A DNA stretch of 64,000 nucleotides from the sequence record OL451225.1. One strand, 5' to 3'. The position numbers and the translations under genes were made by a program. This DNA is from Escherichia phage P896. A model generated the notes under the pieces. The model made no database searches and was not told the DNA's origin. It was given only the letters and a program-made list of their open reading frames with translations. Shown piece after piece: positions 1 to 12,876 of this stretch; within the stretch, counting starts at the first letter, position 1, and every line of letters begins with the position of its first letter.

Positions 1-1
1 A

Positions 2-64
2 CCAGTCTCCATGAAGCTCGCCATTAAGGTAGCCGAGACACAAACCATTGGGGTAGCAATCTAA
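2..64 (+). CDS. 9: C-terminal fragment of baseplate wedge protein gp9 (5' end outside window)
   Basis: Open frame ending ...LAIKVAETQTIGVAI, stop TAA overlapping the gene 10 ATG; position immediately upstream of gene 10 as in T4. Confidence 0.4.
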   Translation, partial: PVSMKLAIKVAETQTIGVAI

Positions 65-1875
65 TGAAACAAAATTTAAAAATAGGCGTGATGGTCGATG
101 ATGGTACCGGCGATTATCTTCGTCTCGGCGGCCAAAAAATTAATAACAACTTTGATGACCTTTACTACCAGCTCGGCGATGGGGAAAATCCTCATGCTGC
201 GGGTGCATGGAAAACATGGACCGTGGCCGACGGCACAACTCTGGAAGCTGTTATGGGTCGTAGCTATGCAGTGAATACCTCAAATGGTATGATTACTGTT
301 AAGCTCCCTAAAGGAACTCCGTCCGAATATAATTACGTTATCCGTTTGCGTGATGTGTTTGCAACCTGGCAAGTCTCCCCGGTGACGATTGTTCCGGCTG
401 TTGGTGACACAATGAAAGGTTCCCCTGACCCTGTTGTTATTCGTCGTAACCTGGCGGATATCGAACTGGTTTATTGCTCTCCTGGTCGTTGGGAATATAT
501 TGACAACAAACAGATTGACAAGATTTCGAATAATGACGTGGCAACTGTTGAGACCCAGCAATTCATCGCAACAGAAGGTCAAACGGACTTCCTGGATGTG
601 TTTAATGGTCGTCCTTATAACATTGCAAGCCTCGAAGTTAAACATCGTGGTAACGACCTGTTTTATGGCAAAGATGATATTTTCGACCCGGTGAATGCTG
701 AATTCGGTTCGCCTGGTGCTGCGCCTGGTGAAATTGTAACCCTTGACGGTCGCAACATTCGTTTACGTATGCCTTGCGCGGCTGGTGACACGGTTATTGT
801 TAGAACATTTAACGATGGTATTGCTCAGTATCGTAGTTCTTATAACCGTCGAGATGTTCAAATCCGTGATTCGAAATTTACTCTTGAAACCCCGGTCGAA
901 GGCTCTTTGGTTGTAGCTGATTTATCTACTAAACACACATTTATGGTTACTGAACTTGCGGTATCTCCAAGCAGTCCAATTAACCCGAATGCCTGTGAAG
1001 TTTATATTAACAGCATATTACAACACGAAGCAGGAACTGCAAACTATCCAGCTTATACCTGCGAAGGTGCTGATGGTGAAACTGCAGAAGAGTGTACAGA
1101 TAATGGTGGTCAATGGTCTAAATCAAAAGAAGACTATATAACAGCCTTTGATGAAGACAACCGTATTGAATCTTTTGAGTTTGCTCGCACATTTGAAGAT
1201 GGTGATATTCTGTCTATCGTTTGGTATAATAACGATATCGGCACCACAATGACTCTTGACGAAATTACAGATGAAACAAATAACATCTATGTTTCCCAAG
1301 GTCCAGAAGTTTCAATCACCGGCGATATAAGAATTACGGATTACGATAATCCATTTGCTCCTAACCTGGAACCGGTTGACCCAAGCGAAATTAAACCATC
1401 TGCTGTTTCGATTCTCTTTAATATGTTCCATCCAATTGGCACAATTTACGAGAACACGACTAACCCAAATAACCCTGCAACATATATGGGTATGGGAACA
1501 TGGAAGCGCCTTGAAGAGCGTGTTTTGATTGGTTGGTCTGCTGACCCGGCCTCGAACTTCCATACAAACAATAACGACCTGGATTCTTCTGGTGTTCCAC
1601 AGGCAACTGCTGGCGGAACTGGTGGTGATGTACAGATTCACATTAAACCAACCAATATTCCTAAAATTAAAACTGATGAAAAAGTATTGGTAGCTGATGC
1701 AACTGGTCCAATTATTGTTGGCGGCTGTCAGGTTGACCCGGATGCACAAGGTCCTGCTTATACAAACTATCGCGAAGATTATGCGACTATTAACGAAGCT
1801 CTTGACCCACTGGCACAGCCAATAAATACGCTTCCTCCATATTTGATTGTTTACCGTTGGGTAAGGATTGCATAA
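64..1875 (+). CDS. 10: baseplate wedge subunit and tail pin gp10
   Basis: 603 aa; N-terminus MKQNLKIGVMVDDGTGDYLR recognised as T4 gp10-like; T4 synteny. Confidence 0.9.
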   Translation: MKQNLKIGVMVDDGTGDYLRLGGQKINNNFDDLYYQLGDGENPHAAGAWKTWTVADGTTLEAVMGRSYAVNTSNGMITVKLPKGTPSEYNYVIRLRDVFATWQVSPVTIVPAVGDTMKGSPDPVVIRRNLADIELVYCSPGRWEYIDNKQIDKISNNDVATVETQQFIATEGQTDFLDVFNGRPYNIASLEVKHRGNDLFYGKDDIFDPVNAEFGSPGAAPGEIVTLDGRNIRLRMPCAAGDTVIVRTFNDGIAQYRSSYNRRDVQIRDSKFTLETPVEGSLVVADLSTKHTFMVTELAVSPSSPINPNACEVYINSILQHEAGTANYPAYTCEGADGETAEECTDNGGQWSKSKEDYITAFDEDNRIESFEFARTFEDGDILSIVWYNNDIGTTMTLDEITDETNNIYVSQGPEVSITGDIRITDYDNPFAPNLEPVDPSEIKPSAVSILFNMFHPIGTIYENTTNPNNPATYMGMGTWKRLEERVLIGWSADPASNFHTNNNDLDSSGVPQATAGGTGGDVQIHIKPTNIPKIKTDEKVLVADATGPIIVGGCQVDPDAQGPAYTNYREDYATINEALDPLAQPINTLPPYLIVYRWVRIA

Positions 1876-2540
1876 TGACTACTTTGACAAATAAAAAGGC
1901 GGGTGTAATATCCCGCCATGCTGGTTACCTCCAGTTTGATTATACCACTACCGATTCCACTGCTGTAGCGGGTAACCGCTATATCGGTGGTCCATCTGCT
2001 AACCAGACAAATGACGGTGTATTCTATCCGACAGTCCAGAGTGCAATTGATGATATTGCATTTCGTGCAGAACTTCCTGTCGGGTCGATAATTACTCGTC
2101 ATGAGAATACTGCTCCTGGATTTATTAGTCAGTCAGATAAGATTAAGTTCACCGGGTCTATTTCTGGCGAAAACCTTGGCGAAACGGTTCTTATTAAAGT
2201 ATTCGGTTTCCCGGTAGAAGTTATTGTCGGTGACTCGAGCGTGCTGGTTGCATCGAAGGTCAATGACGTTCTTTTGACTGCAATTTCCCAAGGAATGATT
2301 ATTTCTGCGACTGCTATCGATGCGCTGGACCAGTCTATATTAAATATTACATATAACGACTATCAGAATCACATCTTTGCTCCTACGACTCAATATGGTT
2401 GTGTTATGGAACAGACTATTGTTCAGCAACCTCGCTCCGGCTATGGTCAATGGGAATATCTTGGCGCACAAGATGTAGTATTGCAAGGTGGTTCGGTTAA
2501 TGGTCCAACATCTCTTTATCACTATAAGCGAGTCTACTAA
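1875..2540 (+). CDS. 11: baseplate wedge subunit and tail pin gp11
   Basis: Start at MTTLTNKKAGVISR with AAGGA RBS; track ORF has a longer N-terminal extension; stop of gene 10 overlaps the ATG. Confidence 0.85.
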   Translation: MTTLTNKKAGVISRHAGYLQFDYTTTDSTAVAGNRYIGGPSANQTNDGVFYPTVQSAIDDIAFRAELPVGSIITRHENTAPGFISQSDKIKFTGSISGENLGETVLIKVFGFPVEVIVGDSSVLVASKVNDVLLTAISQGMIISATAIDALDQSILNITYNDYQNHIFAPTTQYGCVMEQTIVQQPRSGYGQWEYLGAQDVVLQGGSVNGPTSLYHYKRVY

Positions 2541-4075
2541 TGACAACGACTAACACGCTAAAACATATTAGCGATAAATCCGAATATAAAACATTTGACC
2601 CGGCGGGAACTTCATTCTCGCCAGAAGTAACAAACGTTCAAGATGCATTAGGGGCTTTGGCTCCTATTGCTATTGATGGATTTATCCCAGAAGCAACAGT
2701 TGCAGTTCCAGGTATTATTCGTCTGGCTACTGAACAAGAAGTTATTGATGGTCTCGGTAATAATACCGCAGTAACTCCAGAAACTCTTAAAGCTCGTTTG
2801 GCTATTCCAACTCAGGCTACCGAAACATATATTGGTATTACCCGTTATGCAACCGATGCAGAAGCTATTGCCGGAACCGTTTCGACTGCTGCAATTGTTC
2901 CATCAAGCCTCAAGGCTTCTATTGATGATACATTTAATACTCGTACGTCTACAGAAGACCGCAACGGTGTAATTAAAATTTCAACACAACCGGCTGCACT
3001 AGCAGGAACAGATGATACAACAGCTATGACTCCTCTGAAGGTTTCATTAGCAATCGGCAAAGCTACAGCTGCACTTCCGACTTATAGCACCGCAACAACC
3101 ACTGTACAGGGGATTGTTAAAATTGCAACTCCAGCTGAAGTCCAACAGGGAACAATGAATGATGGCGTTGCTGTTTCTCCATTGGGCTTGAAACAACTCG
3201 TTTCTACTCAGGGTCAAAATGGTCTTATTCGTCTGGCCACTCCGACCGAAGCCGCTGCAGGCAGTAACTCGAATATTGCATTATCTCCGTCCACTCTTTT
3301 ATCGAGAACAGGTACAACTGGGCGTCTCGGGGTTGTTAAATTAACAACTACTGTTGGTTCTGGTGATGGTAATACAGCTCTTGCGTATAATGCAAATGTC
3401 ATTTCAACTGGTGGTGGTACGATTAACGGAACTCTTAACGTTAACGGAACTTTACGCAGAAATGGTCAGGATGTCGTAACCCGTAACGAACTAAAAGATA
3501 GTGTACCAATCGGAACTATTATCATGTGGGGCGGTCAAACTGGTAATATTCCTTCTGGCTGGGAAATCTGTGATGGTGGTAACGTTGGTGATGCTGGTTT
3601 CCGAAATGTCGTTGGCGGTAAATGGGGTGCAACTGGTAACAAACCAGATTTTCGTGGCTTATTCCCGCGTGGTTCCAACAGCTCTAACGATGGTGCTATG
3701 AAGGAATGGGAAACAAACATTAATATAAGAAACGCCAAGGGAAATGATTCCAAACAAAAACCTAAATTGGGTCAAGGTGTTGGTTCATATGGTCATGGTA
3801 CAGTACAGGCACAACAACTCCGTTTCCATAAGCATGCCGGTGGTTTTGGTGAGCATGATAATGCTGGTGCATTTGGTAACACAGTTCGTTCAAACTATGC
3901 AGGCACTCGTAAAGGTTTGGACTGGGATAACCGTTCTTATTTCACGAACGAAGGTTATGAAATCGATGGCGCTGGTAGCCGTGATTCTCGAACTACATTA
4001 AACAGCGAAGGTCTGATAGGTAATGAAAGCCGCCCATGGTCCATGTCCATTCTTTTTATTATTAAGGTCAGATAA
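2540..4075 (+). CDS. 12: short tail fiber gp12
   Basis: 511 aa, Gly/Thr/Ala-rich repetitive fibre sequence; ATGA overlap with gene 11; T4 synteny. Confidence 0.85.
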   Translation: MTTTNTLKHISDKSEYKTFDPAGTSFSPEVTNVQDALGALAPIAIDGFIPEATVAVPGIIRLATEQEVIDGLGNNTAVTPETLKARLAIPTQATETYIGITRYATDAEAIAGTVSTAAIVPSSLKASIDDTFNTRTSTEDRNGVIKISTQPAALAGTDDTTAMTPLKVSLAIGKATAALPTYSTATTTVQGIVKIATPAEVQQGTMNDGVAVSPLGLKQLVSTQGQNGLIRLATPTEAAAGSNSNIALSPSTLLSRTGTTGRLGVVKLTTTVGSGDGNTALAYNANVISTGGGTINGTLNVNGTLRRNGQDVVTRNELKDSVPIGTIIMWGGQTGNIPSGWEICDGGNVGDAGFRNVVGGKWGATGNKPDFRGLFPRGSNSSNDGAMKEWETNINIRNAKGNDSKQKPKLGQGVGSYGHGTVQAQQLRFHKHAGGFGEHDNAGAFGNTVRSNYAGTRKGLDWDNRSYFTNEGYEIDGAGSRDSRTTLNSEGLIGNESRPWSMSILFIIKVR

Positions 4076-4084
4076 GGAATAAAA

Positions 4085-5662
4085 ATGATTAACAAATTAG
4101 AATTAGCGAATCTTCCGTTTGTCGATGGTGTACCAGAAGCTGACCAGAAACGAATTGAATGGATTCGCAACGGTGATTGCTTAACTGCAGCCACTACCAA
4201 ATACGGGCACGATGGTGCCCTTAACGCCGCAGCTTTTGGTGTACAGACCAACGTTGAAACTCTGGAAAAGAATGACACAACCACTAAGGACAAAGTAAAC
4301 GAAATTGTTGATAGTGTTAACCAGATTAAAGAAGCTCTGGATATTTCCACTGATGCAAGCGTTATCCAACAGATTGAAACCAACCGTCTTAATATTGTAA
4401 GTCTCCAGACGGGTTTAGCCGAAACTGATATTGCTTTACTTGATACCAGCACAAATCTCGGTGAATTACAGGAAGATGTTGGTTATTATAACCCACTGGA
4501 AGATGGGCCATATTTGACCGTTCGTGCTAATATTAACCGTATTAAGCGTGAAATGGGCCATTATGCAAACCAAGATATCAATGGTGACCCATTGCCTGAA
4601 GGCGAAACTAATGATGCCACCGGGATGAAACGTATTATCATCGATAACAGTACAGCAATTGCAACTACGCAACGTCGTCTTACTATTCTCGAGGAAAATT
4701 ACAATGATTCTGATGTAGGCGGTCTTACGATTAAATTAAATGAGATACGCGAAGAATTAGGTCCGCGTATAGAAGGTATTGGTAAATCTCCTGTTTATAC
4801 TCGTTTAACTGCAGTCGAAGCTAAAGCCGGAACTAATGAAACCGATATAGGGAATATCAAAACCGCAATTGGTTTTGGCCAAGGTCAAAGTATCGCAAAC
4901 CGTGTCGGGACTCTGGAAACCAAGGCAACAAATTTAGAAAATACCACTTCTGGTATGAATACAAGATTGTCGAAAGTTGAAACAGATATTGGTACTGATG
5001 CCGAACCGACTTCCATTAATGGCCGTCTAAAAACGTTGCGTGATGACATGACAGGTGTTCGTGTTGTTATCGGGGAAAATACAAGCAGTGGCTTACAGGG
5101 ACAAGTTGTTGCCCTTAACGTTGCGGTAGGTATTAGTGATAGCCCGGCACCGACTTCCTTAATTCCTCGTATGCGTGAAGTCGAAACTTCTAGTCGTGCG
5201 AACGCTGCAGCTATTCAGGATATTCAAGCCGAAATCGGTAACAATCAGTCAGGCATCAAAGGTTCTATCCTGACTATTAAATCACAAATCGATGGGACCA
5301 ACCCAAACGGTTCGACTGTTGTCGAAAAAGGTATTCTCCCGACTGTTGAAGGTCTGGTCAATGAAATGCCGACTAAGCTTAGTGACGCTCCATCTGATAC
5401 GAAGATTTACGGTCGTCGAGACGGTGCTTGGGCCGAAATCGTTGGCGGTGATATTCCCGCTCTAGTATCACGTGTGGATGGTATCGAATCGCGCACCAGT
5501 GGAGCCGAGATACTGATAACTGAACTTGAAGGTAAAGTATCAGCCTTAGAAACAGAGCTCGCCAAAAGGCCTCCTGTCGCGCCTGCAGCTGACGGACTTC
5601 CTTATGTGCTCGTTGATAATGCATGGGTTCTTTTGTCGACATTCGTGACTGTTGGACCATAA
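4085..5662 (+). CDS. wac: fibritin (whisker/neck fibre) Wac
   Basis: 525 aa, long coiled-coil-like central region and C-terminal foldon-like segment ...DGLPYVLVDNAWVLLSTF. Confidence 0.85.
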   Translation: MINKLELANLPFVDGVPEADQKRIEWIRNGDCLTAATTKYGHDGALNAAAFGVQTNVETLEKNDTTTKDKVNEIVDSVNQIKEALDISTDASVIQQIETNRLNIVSLQTGLAETDIALLDTSTNLGELQEDVGYYNPLEDGPYLTVRANINRIKREMGHYANQDINGDPLPEGETNDATGMKRIIIDNSTAIATTQRRLTILEENYNDSDVGGLTIKLNEIREELGPRIEGIGKSPVYTRLTAVEAKAGTNETDIGNIKTAIGFGQGQSIANRVGTLETKATNLENTTSGMNTRLSKVETDIGTDAEPTSINGRLKTLRDDMTGVRVVIGENTSSGLQGQVVALNVAVGISDSPAPTSLIPRMREVETSSRANAAAIQDIQAEIGNNQSGIKGSILTIKSQIDGTNPNGSTVVEKGILPTVEGLVNEMPTKLSDAPSDTKIYGRRDGAWAEIVGGDIPALVSRVDGIESRTSGAEILITELEGKVSALETELAKRPPVAPAADGLPYVLVDNAWVLLSTFVTVGP

Positions 5663-5663
5663 C

Positions 5664-5686
5664 AAAAGGGCTTCGGCCCTTTTTTC
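5664..5686 (+). terminator. intrinsic terminator after wac
   Basis: GGGCttcgGCCC hairpin (5668-5679) followed by TTTTTT. Confidence 0.6.
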
Positions 5687-5687
5687 G

Positions 5688-5695
5688 TATAAATA
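5688..5695 (+). promoter_or_regulatory. T4-type late promoter TATAAATA upstream of gene 13
   Basis: Exact TATAAATA 19 nt upstream of the gene 13 ATG. Confidence 0.6.
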
Positions 5696-5713
5696 CAGTA
5701 AAGAGGAAAACAT

Positions 5714-6652
5714 ATGGCAACTGAATCATACAACCCGAAACAATTAAAAGATGCAATCCTTCGTCGTCTTGGTGCTCCAATCACGAATATCGAAGTCACG
5801 ACCGAACAGGTTTATGATTGTATCCAGCGCGCATTAGAATTATATGGCGAATATCATTATAATGGATATAACAAAGGTTATCAGGCTTTTTATATTGGTC
5901 ATGATGAAGTTTCACAGCAGAAATTCCGTGACGGTGTTTTCGATTTAAAAGGTCGTAATATTTTTGCAGTAACGCAGATTATTCGTACTAACGTCGGTTC
6001 ATTAACTTCGATGGATGGTCAAGCAACATATCCATGGTTCACAGATTTCGTTCTGGGGCTGGCTGGTATTAATGGCGGAATGGGTAGCTCGTGTAATAGT
6101 TTTGGTCCAAATGCTTTTGGTGCAGACCTTGGTTATTTTACACAGCTTATGCAATATCGTTCGATGATGCAAGACCTGATGGTTCCGCTGCCGGATTACT
6201 GGTATAATGACGATACTGAACAACTTAAAATTATGGGCAACTTCCGTCAGGGAGATGTTATTGTAATTGAAGTTTACACCAAATCCTTTAATGGTGTTGA
6301 TGCAATGGCCAGCAATACTGCGGGTTACGGTTATGCTTCAGGTGATTGTTCAAATCCATGGAATGCTGGTGCACAGTGGGATAATCCGGCGCGCAGAATA
6401 GGCGGTATGAGAGCCGGTGAGGACCTCGGACTTCAAGATGGTGCATACAACAACCGTTGGGTGAAAGACTATGCCACGGCGCTCGTTAAGGAAGTTAACG
6501 GCAACGTATTGGCTAAACACCAGGGAATGATGATGCCAGGTGGTGTCACAGTTGATGGTGTCCGTTTAATCGAAGAAGCTCGCATGGAAAAAGAACGTCT
6601 TCGCGAAGAACTTGACCTGCTGGATGCACCGACTCCTATATTGGTGGGCTAA
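5714..6652 (+). CDS. 13: neck protein gp13
   Basis: 312 aa; position and size as T4 gp13; AGAGGA RBS. Confidence 0.85.
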   Translation: MATESYNPKQLKDAILRRLGAPITNIEVTTEQVYDCIQRALELYGEYHYNGYNKGYQAFYIGHDEVSQQKFRDGVFDLKGRNIFAVTQIIRTNVGSLTSMDGQATYPWFTDFVLGLAGINGGMGSSCNSFGPNAFGADLGYFTQLMQYRSMMQDLMVPLPDYWYNDDTEQLKIMGNFRQGDVIVIEVYTKSFNGVDAMASNTAGYGYASGDCSNPWNAGAQWDNPARRIGGMRAGEDLGLQDGAYNNRWVKDYATALVKEVNGNVLAKHQGMMMPGGVTVDGVRLIEEARMEKERLREELDLLDAPTPILVG

Positions 6653-7437
6653 TGGCTACTTATGACTCAAGATTATTCGCCCGGCTCGAAGACGGGACCG
6701 GTTATGACAATACCAATGCTACAGAGATATTGAACCCTTATGTAAACTTTATGCATCATGAAAATACCCAGACTTTAGCTGATGCTATTGTTGCTGAAAG
6801 TATTCAGATGCGTGGGATGTCTCTCTATTATATCCCAAGACAATTCGTTAAACCAGATTTGTTATTTGGTGAAGACCTTCAGAGTAAATTTGATAAAGCG
6901 TGGAAATTTGCGGGCTATCTAGATACGTTCGATGCTTATCAGGGTGATGGTTCTATCTTTAGTAAATGGGGTATGTCTGTGAACGATGAAATTACAATAT
7001 CGATTAACCCTAACCTGTTTAAACACCAATGCAATGGAACTGAACCTATTGCCGGGGATTTGATTTATTTCCCTCTTGATAACAGCCTGTTCGAAATAAC
7101 CTGGGTACAACCTTATGACCCGTTCTATCAGGTAGGTCAAAACGCCATTCGTAAAATAACTGCGAGCAAATACATTTACTCCGGGGAAGAGCTTAAACCT
7201 GAATTACAACGAAATGAAGGTATTAATATTCCAGAATTCAGTGAGCTCGATTTGCAACCAATCCACAATATTGATGGCCTTACAGATATCAGCGATATCC
7301 CTTATGCAGAATCCGATGAGATTAACGCAGAAGCGGCTGAATATGTTAAACCATATTTTGTGCAGAATGGTCGTGGGCTTGAGGCTCCTCCTAAGGCAAA
7401 ACAGGATAGCTTTGACGATAGTTTCTTTGACGAATAA
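6652..7437 (+). CDS. 14: neck protein gp14
   Basis: 261 aa; T4 synteny; start overlaps the gene 13 stop. Confidence 0.85.
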   Translation: MATYDSRLFARLEDGTGYDNTNATEILNPYVNFMHHENTQTLADAIVAESIQMRGMSLYYIPRQFVKPDLLFGEDLQSKFDKAWKFAGYLDTFDAYQGDGSIFSKWGMSVNDEITISINPNLFKHQCNGTEPIAGDLIYFPLDNSLFEITWVQPYDPFYQVGQNAIRKITASKYIYSGEELKPELQRNEGINIPEFSELDLQPIHNIDGLTDISDIPYAESDEINAEAAEYVKPYFVQNGRGLEAPPKAKQDSFDDSFFDE

Positions 7438-7451
7438 ATACATTTATTAAT

Positions 7452-7468
7452 GCGCCCGGACTGGGCGC
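7452..7468 (+). promoter_or_regulatory. RNA hairpin immediately upstream of the gene 15 RBS
   Basis: GCGCCCggactGGGCGC inverted repeat, not followed by a T tract; GGAGG RBS lies 2 nt downstream. Confidence 0.4.
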
Positions 7469-7480
7469 CTGGAGGTTACT

Positions 7481-8352
7481 TTGTTTGGGCATTTTTATAA
7501 TTCGTCTCTGCGTCGCTATATCGTTTTAATGGGCGATTTATTTTCCCATGTACAAGTGGCCAGAACCAGAGAAGACACTGGACTTAAATATATTAAGGTC
7601 CCTATTTCTTATGCGTCAAAAGAAAAATTCATGATGCAGCTTGGAAAATGGACCGCTATTCAGAATACACCGACTCCTGACATGTCGCCGCAAGAACGCG
7701 CTGCTCAGAAGGCTAAAATCGAGACCGTATTGCCCCGTATGAACCTACATATGGTTGACTTGATGTATAACGGGCAATATAAAACGGCTCTCCAGAATCA
7801 CACACAGGCGCGATTTGCTAATAACGACCCTCGCAAGCAGATATCTCAATATTCTCCAGTGCCGGTCAAAATGATTTTCGAGCTTGGAATATATACAAGG
7901 CATCAAGATGATATGTTCCAGATTATCGAACAAATCATGCCTTACTTCCAACCACATTTTAATACAACTATCACGGAACTTTATACGAATGAAATTACAT
8001 TCGAACGTGATATAAGAATTGTGCTCCAGTCCATAGCTATGGATGAGCAAATTGAAGGTGATGCAATGACTCGCCGTAGACTCGAATGGTCAATTATGTT
8101 CGAAGTTAACGGTTGGTTATATCCACCGGTTAAGGAAGTGGCCGGGGAAATCCGTACTATCTATCTTGACTTCTTTGCAAATTCTAGAGAGCTTGCACCG
8201 GAAGGTAATTTCGAATCTGTTGACTCGGAAGCCGTTCCACGAGACGTCGACCAAGAAGACTGGCAAGGTGAATCTGTCCAAACCTACTCGCAGGATATTC
8301 CTGTACCGGTTGACCCAGCACCTCCGGCACCAAGAAAAAATAGGGTACCATT

Positions 8353-8356
<4 letters not shown>
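7481..8356 (+). CDS. 15: tail sheath stabiliser / tail completion protein gp15 (TTG start)
   Basis: N-terminus [13 protein letters not shown] recognised as T4 gp15-like; first codon is TTG preceded by GGAGG. Confidence 0.85.
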
Positions 8357-10663
<2,307 letters not shown>

Positions 10664-10692
10664 AAGTAAAGCAAACTATTAGAGGACTCAAA

Positions 10693-12672
10693 ATGGCTTT
10701 ATTATCCCCGGGCATTGAGCTCAAAGAAACAACGGTCCAAAGCACTGTTGTTCGTAACGCGACGGGTCGTGCGGCGCTGGTTGGTAAATTCCAGTGGGGC
10801 CCAGCTTTCCAGGTAACTCAGATTACAAACGAAGTGGAACTTGTCGATTTGTTTGGTGGCCCGAACAATATTACGGCTGACTACTTTATGAGTGGAATGA
10901 ACTTCCTTCAATATGGTAATGACCTGCGCACTGTTCGTGTTGTTAACCGCGAATTTGCTAAAAACGCATCCCCGGTAGCAGGGAACATCGAAAGTACAAT
11001 CGCTACTGCTGGTTCCAACTATGCAGTCGGTGACGCTATCCAGGTTAAATACAACCAGACTGTTGTTGAAACTTCTGGCCGTATCACCAAGGTTGACGTT
11101 GACGGGAAAATCCTCGCAGTCTTCATTCCGTCTGACAAAATTATTGCCTTTGCAAAATCTGTAAACCAGTATCCTGCTTTAGGCCCGGCTTGGACTGCTG
11201 AAATCCTGACCACTTCTTCAGGTGTGTCTGGTACGATTACCCTCGGGAAAATCGTTACCGATTCCGGTATCCTGTTGACCGAAGCGGAAAATAGTGAAGA
11301 AGCTATTACCTCTCTGGAATTCCAGGCTTCCCTGCAGAAATATGCAATGCCAGGTGTTGTTGCTCTTTATCCTGGTGAAATCGGCTCGACTCTCGAAGTT
11401 GAAATCGTTTCCAAAGCTGCTTATGATGCTGGCGCTTCGAAGATGCTTGACATCTATCCGAATGGCGGTTCCCGCGCTTCTGTAGCTCGTGCAGTGTTTA
11501 ACTATGGTCCACAGTCTGACGACCAGTATGCAATCATCGTTCGCCGTGATGGTGCTATCGTTGAAAACGTTGTTCTGTCAACTAAAGAAGGCGATAAAGA
11601 CGTTTACGGCAACAACATTTATCTGGATGACTACTTTGCAAAAGGTACTTCCAATTACATCTATGCAACTTCTCTGAACTGGCCAAAAGGTTTTGCAGGC
11701 ATCATCAATCTGATGGGCGGTATTTCTGCAAACGACCAGGTTACCGCTGGTGATTTGATGCAAGGTTGGGACCTGTTTGCTGACCGTGAAGCACTGCACA
11801 TTAACCTGCTTATCGCTGGTGCTTGTGCTGGTGAAGGTGATGCGACTGCTTCCACTGTTCAGAAGCACGTAGTTTCTATCGCTGACGAACGTCAGGATTG
11901 CTTGGCATTTATCTCTCCACCGAAAGGTCTGTTGGTTAACGTTCCCCTGACCCGTGCAGTGGATAACCTGATTGACTGGCGTACAGGTAGTGGTGCATTT
12001 GATACTGATAACATGAATATCAGCACGACTTATGCAGCGATTGATGGCAACTATAAATATCAGTATGATAAATATAACGACGTTAACCGTTGGGTTCCTC
12101 TGGCAGCTGATATGGCTGGTCTGTGTGCTCGTACTGATGATGTTTCTCAGCCTTGGATGTCTCCGGCCGGCTATAACCGTGGTCAGATTCTGAACGTTCT
12201 GAAATTGGCTGTTGAACCACGTCAGACCCAGCGTGACCGCATGTATCAGGAAGCTATCAACCCGGTTGTTGGTTTCGCAGGTGGCGATGGTTTTGTTCTG
12301 TACGGTGATAAGACTGCAACTAAAGTTCCATCTCCGATGGACCATATCAACGTTCGCCGTCTTACGAATATGCTGAAGAAAAATATCGGTGACGCATCCA
12401 AATATAAACTGTTTGAGCTTAACGATAACTTCACTCGTGCATCATTCCGTATGGAAACTTCTCAATACTTGGATGGTATTCGTGCACTCGGTGGCATTTA
12501 TGAAGGTCGTGTGGTTTGTGATACTACTAACAACACCCCGTCGGTCATAGACCGAAATGAGTTTGTTGCTAGCATTTATTTTAAACCTGCGCGCAGCATC
12601 AACTATATCACTCTTAACTTCGTGGCAACAAGCACGGGTGCAGATTTTGATGAGTTGATTGGACCACAATAA
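10693..12672 (+). CDS. 18: contractile tail sheath protein gp18
   Basis: 659 aa, same length as T4 gp18; T4 synteny. Confidence 0.95.
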   Translation: MALLSPGIELKETTVQSTVVRNATGRAALVGKFQWGPAFQVTQITNEVELVDLFGGPNNITADYFMSGMNFLQYGNDLRTVRVVNREFAKNASPVAGNIESTIATAGSNYAVGDAIQVKYNQTVVETSGRITKVDVDGKILAVFIPSDKIIAFAKSVNQYPALGPAWTAEILTTSSGVSGTITLGKIVTDSGILLTEAENSEEAITSLEFQASLQKYAMPGVVALYPGEIGSTLEVEIVSKAAYDAGASKMLDIYPNGGSRASVARAVFNYGPQSDDQYAIIVRRDGAIVENVVLSTKEGDKDVYGNNIYLDDYFAKGTSNYIYATSLNWPKGFAGIINLMGGISANDQVTAGDLMQGWDLFADREALHINLLIAGACAGEGDATASTVQKHVVSIADERQDCLAFISPPKGLLVNVPLTRAVDNLIDWRTGSGAFDTDNMNISTTYAAIDGNYKYQYDKYNDVNRWVPLAADMAGLCARTDDVSQPWMSPAGYNRGQILNVLKLAVEPRQTQRDRMYQEAINPVVGFAGGDGFVLYGDKTATKVPSPMDHINVRRLTNMLKKNIGDASKYKLFELNDNFTRASFRMETSQYLDGIRALGGIYEGRVVCDTTNNTPSVIDRNEFVASIYFKPARSINYITLNFVATSTGADFDELIGPQ

Positions 12673-12707
12673 TTATCATCGCTTGGAATGAATTAATCAG
12701 TTAGAAA

Positions 12708-12758
12708 CCGTAGAACCATTATACAGTGTTATAAATAAAAGCATAATCGGTTCTACGG
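12708..12758 (+). promoter_or_regulatory. long-loop hairpin enclosing a late promoter (18-19 intergenic)
   Basis: 10-bp stem CCGTAGAACC/GGTTCTACGG with a 31-nt loop containing TATAAATA (12730-12737). Confidence 0.5.
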
Positions 12759-12816
12759 ACTCCTGTGGTTGATTCTGGGAAGCCATTATCTTGAGATGAT
12801 GAATCATATTACCTAG

Positions 12817-12824
12817 TATAAATA
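12817..12824 (+). promoter_or_regulatory. late promoter TATAAATA proximal to gene 19
   Basis: Exact TATAAATA about 50 nt upstream of the gene 19 ATG. Confidence 0.6.
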
Positions 12825-12876
12825 CATGCATCAGGGACGCGTTCGCGCGACCTGTGTCTATAAAGAGGATTCCTTA

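Noticed and set aside
11578-12345. 255-aa ORF on the minus strand
   Set aside because: Lies entirely antisense within the well-supported tail sheath gene 18; no RBS or promoter context; typical antisense open frame.
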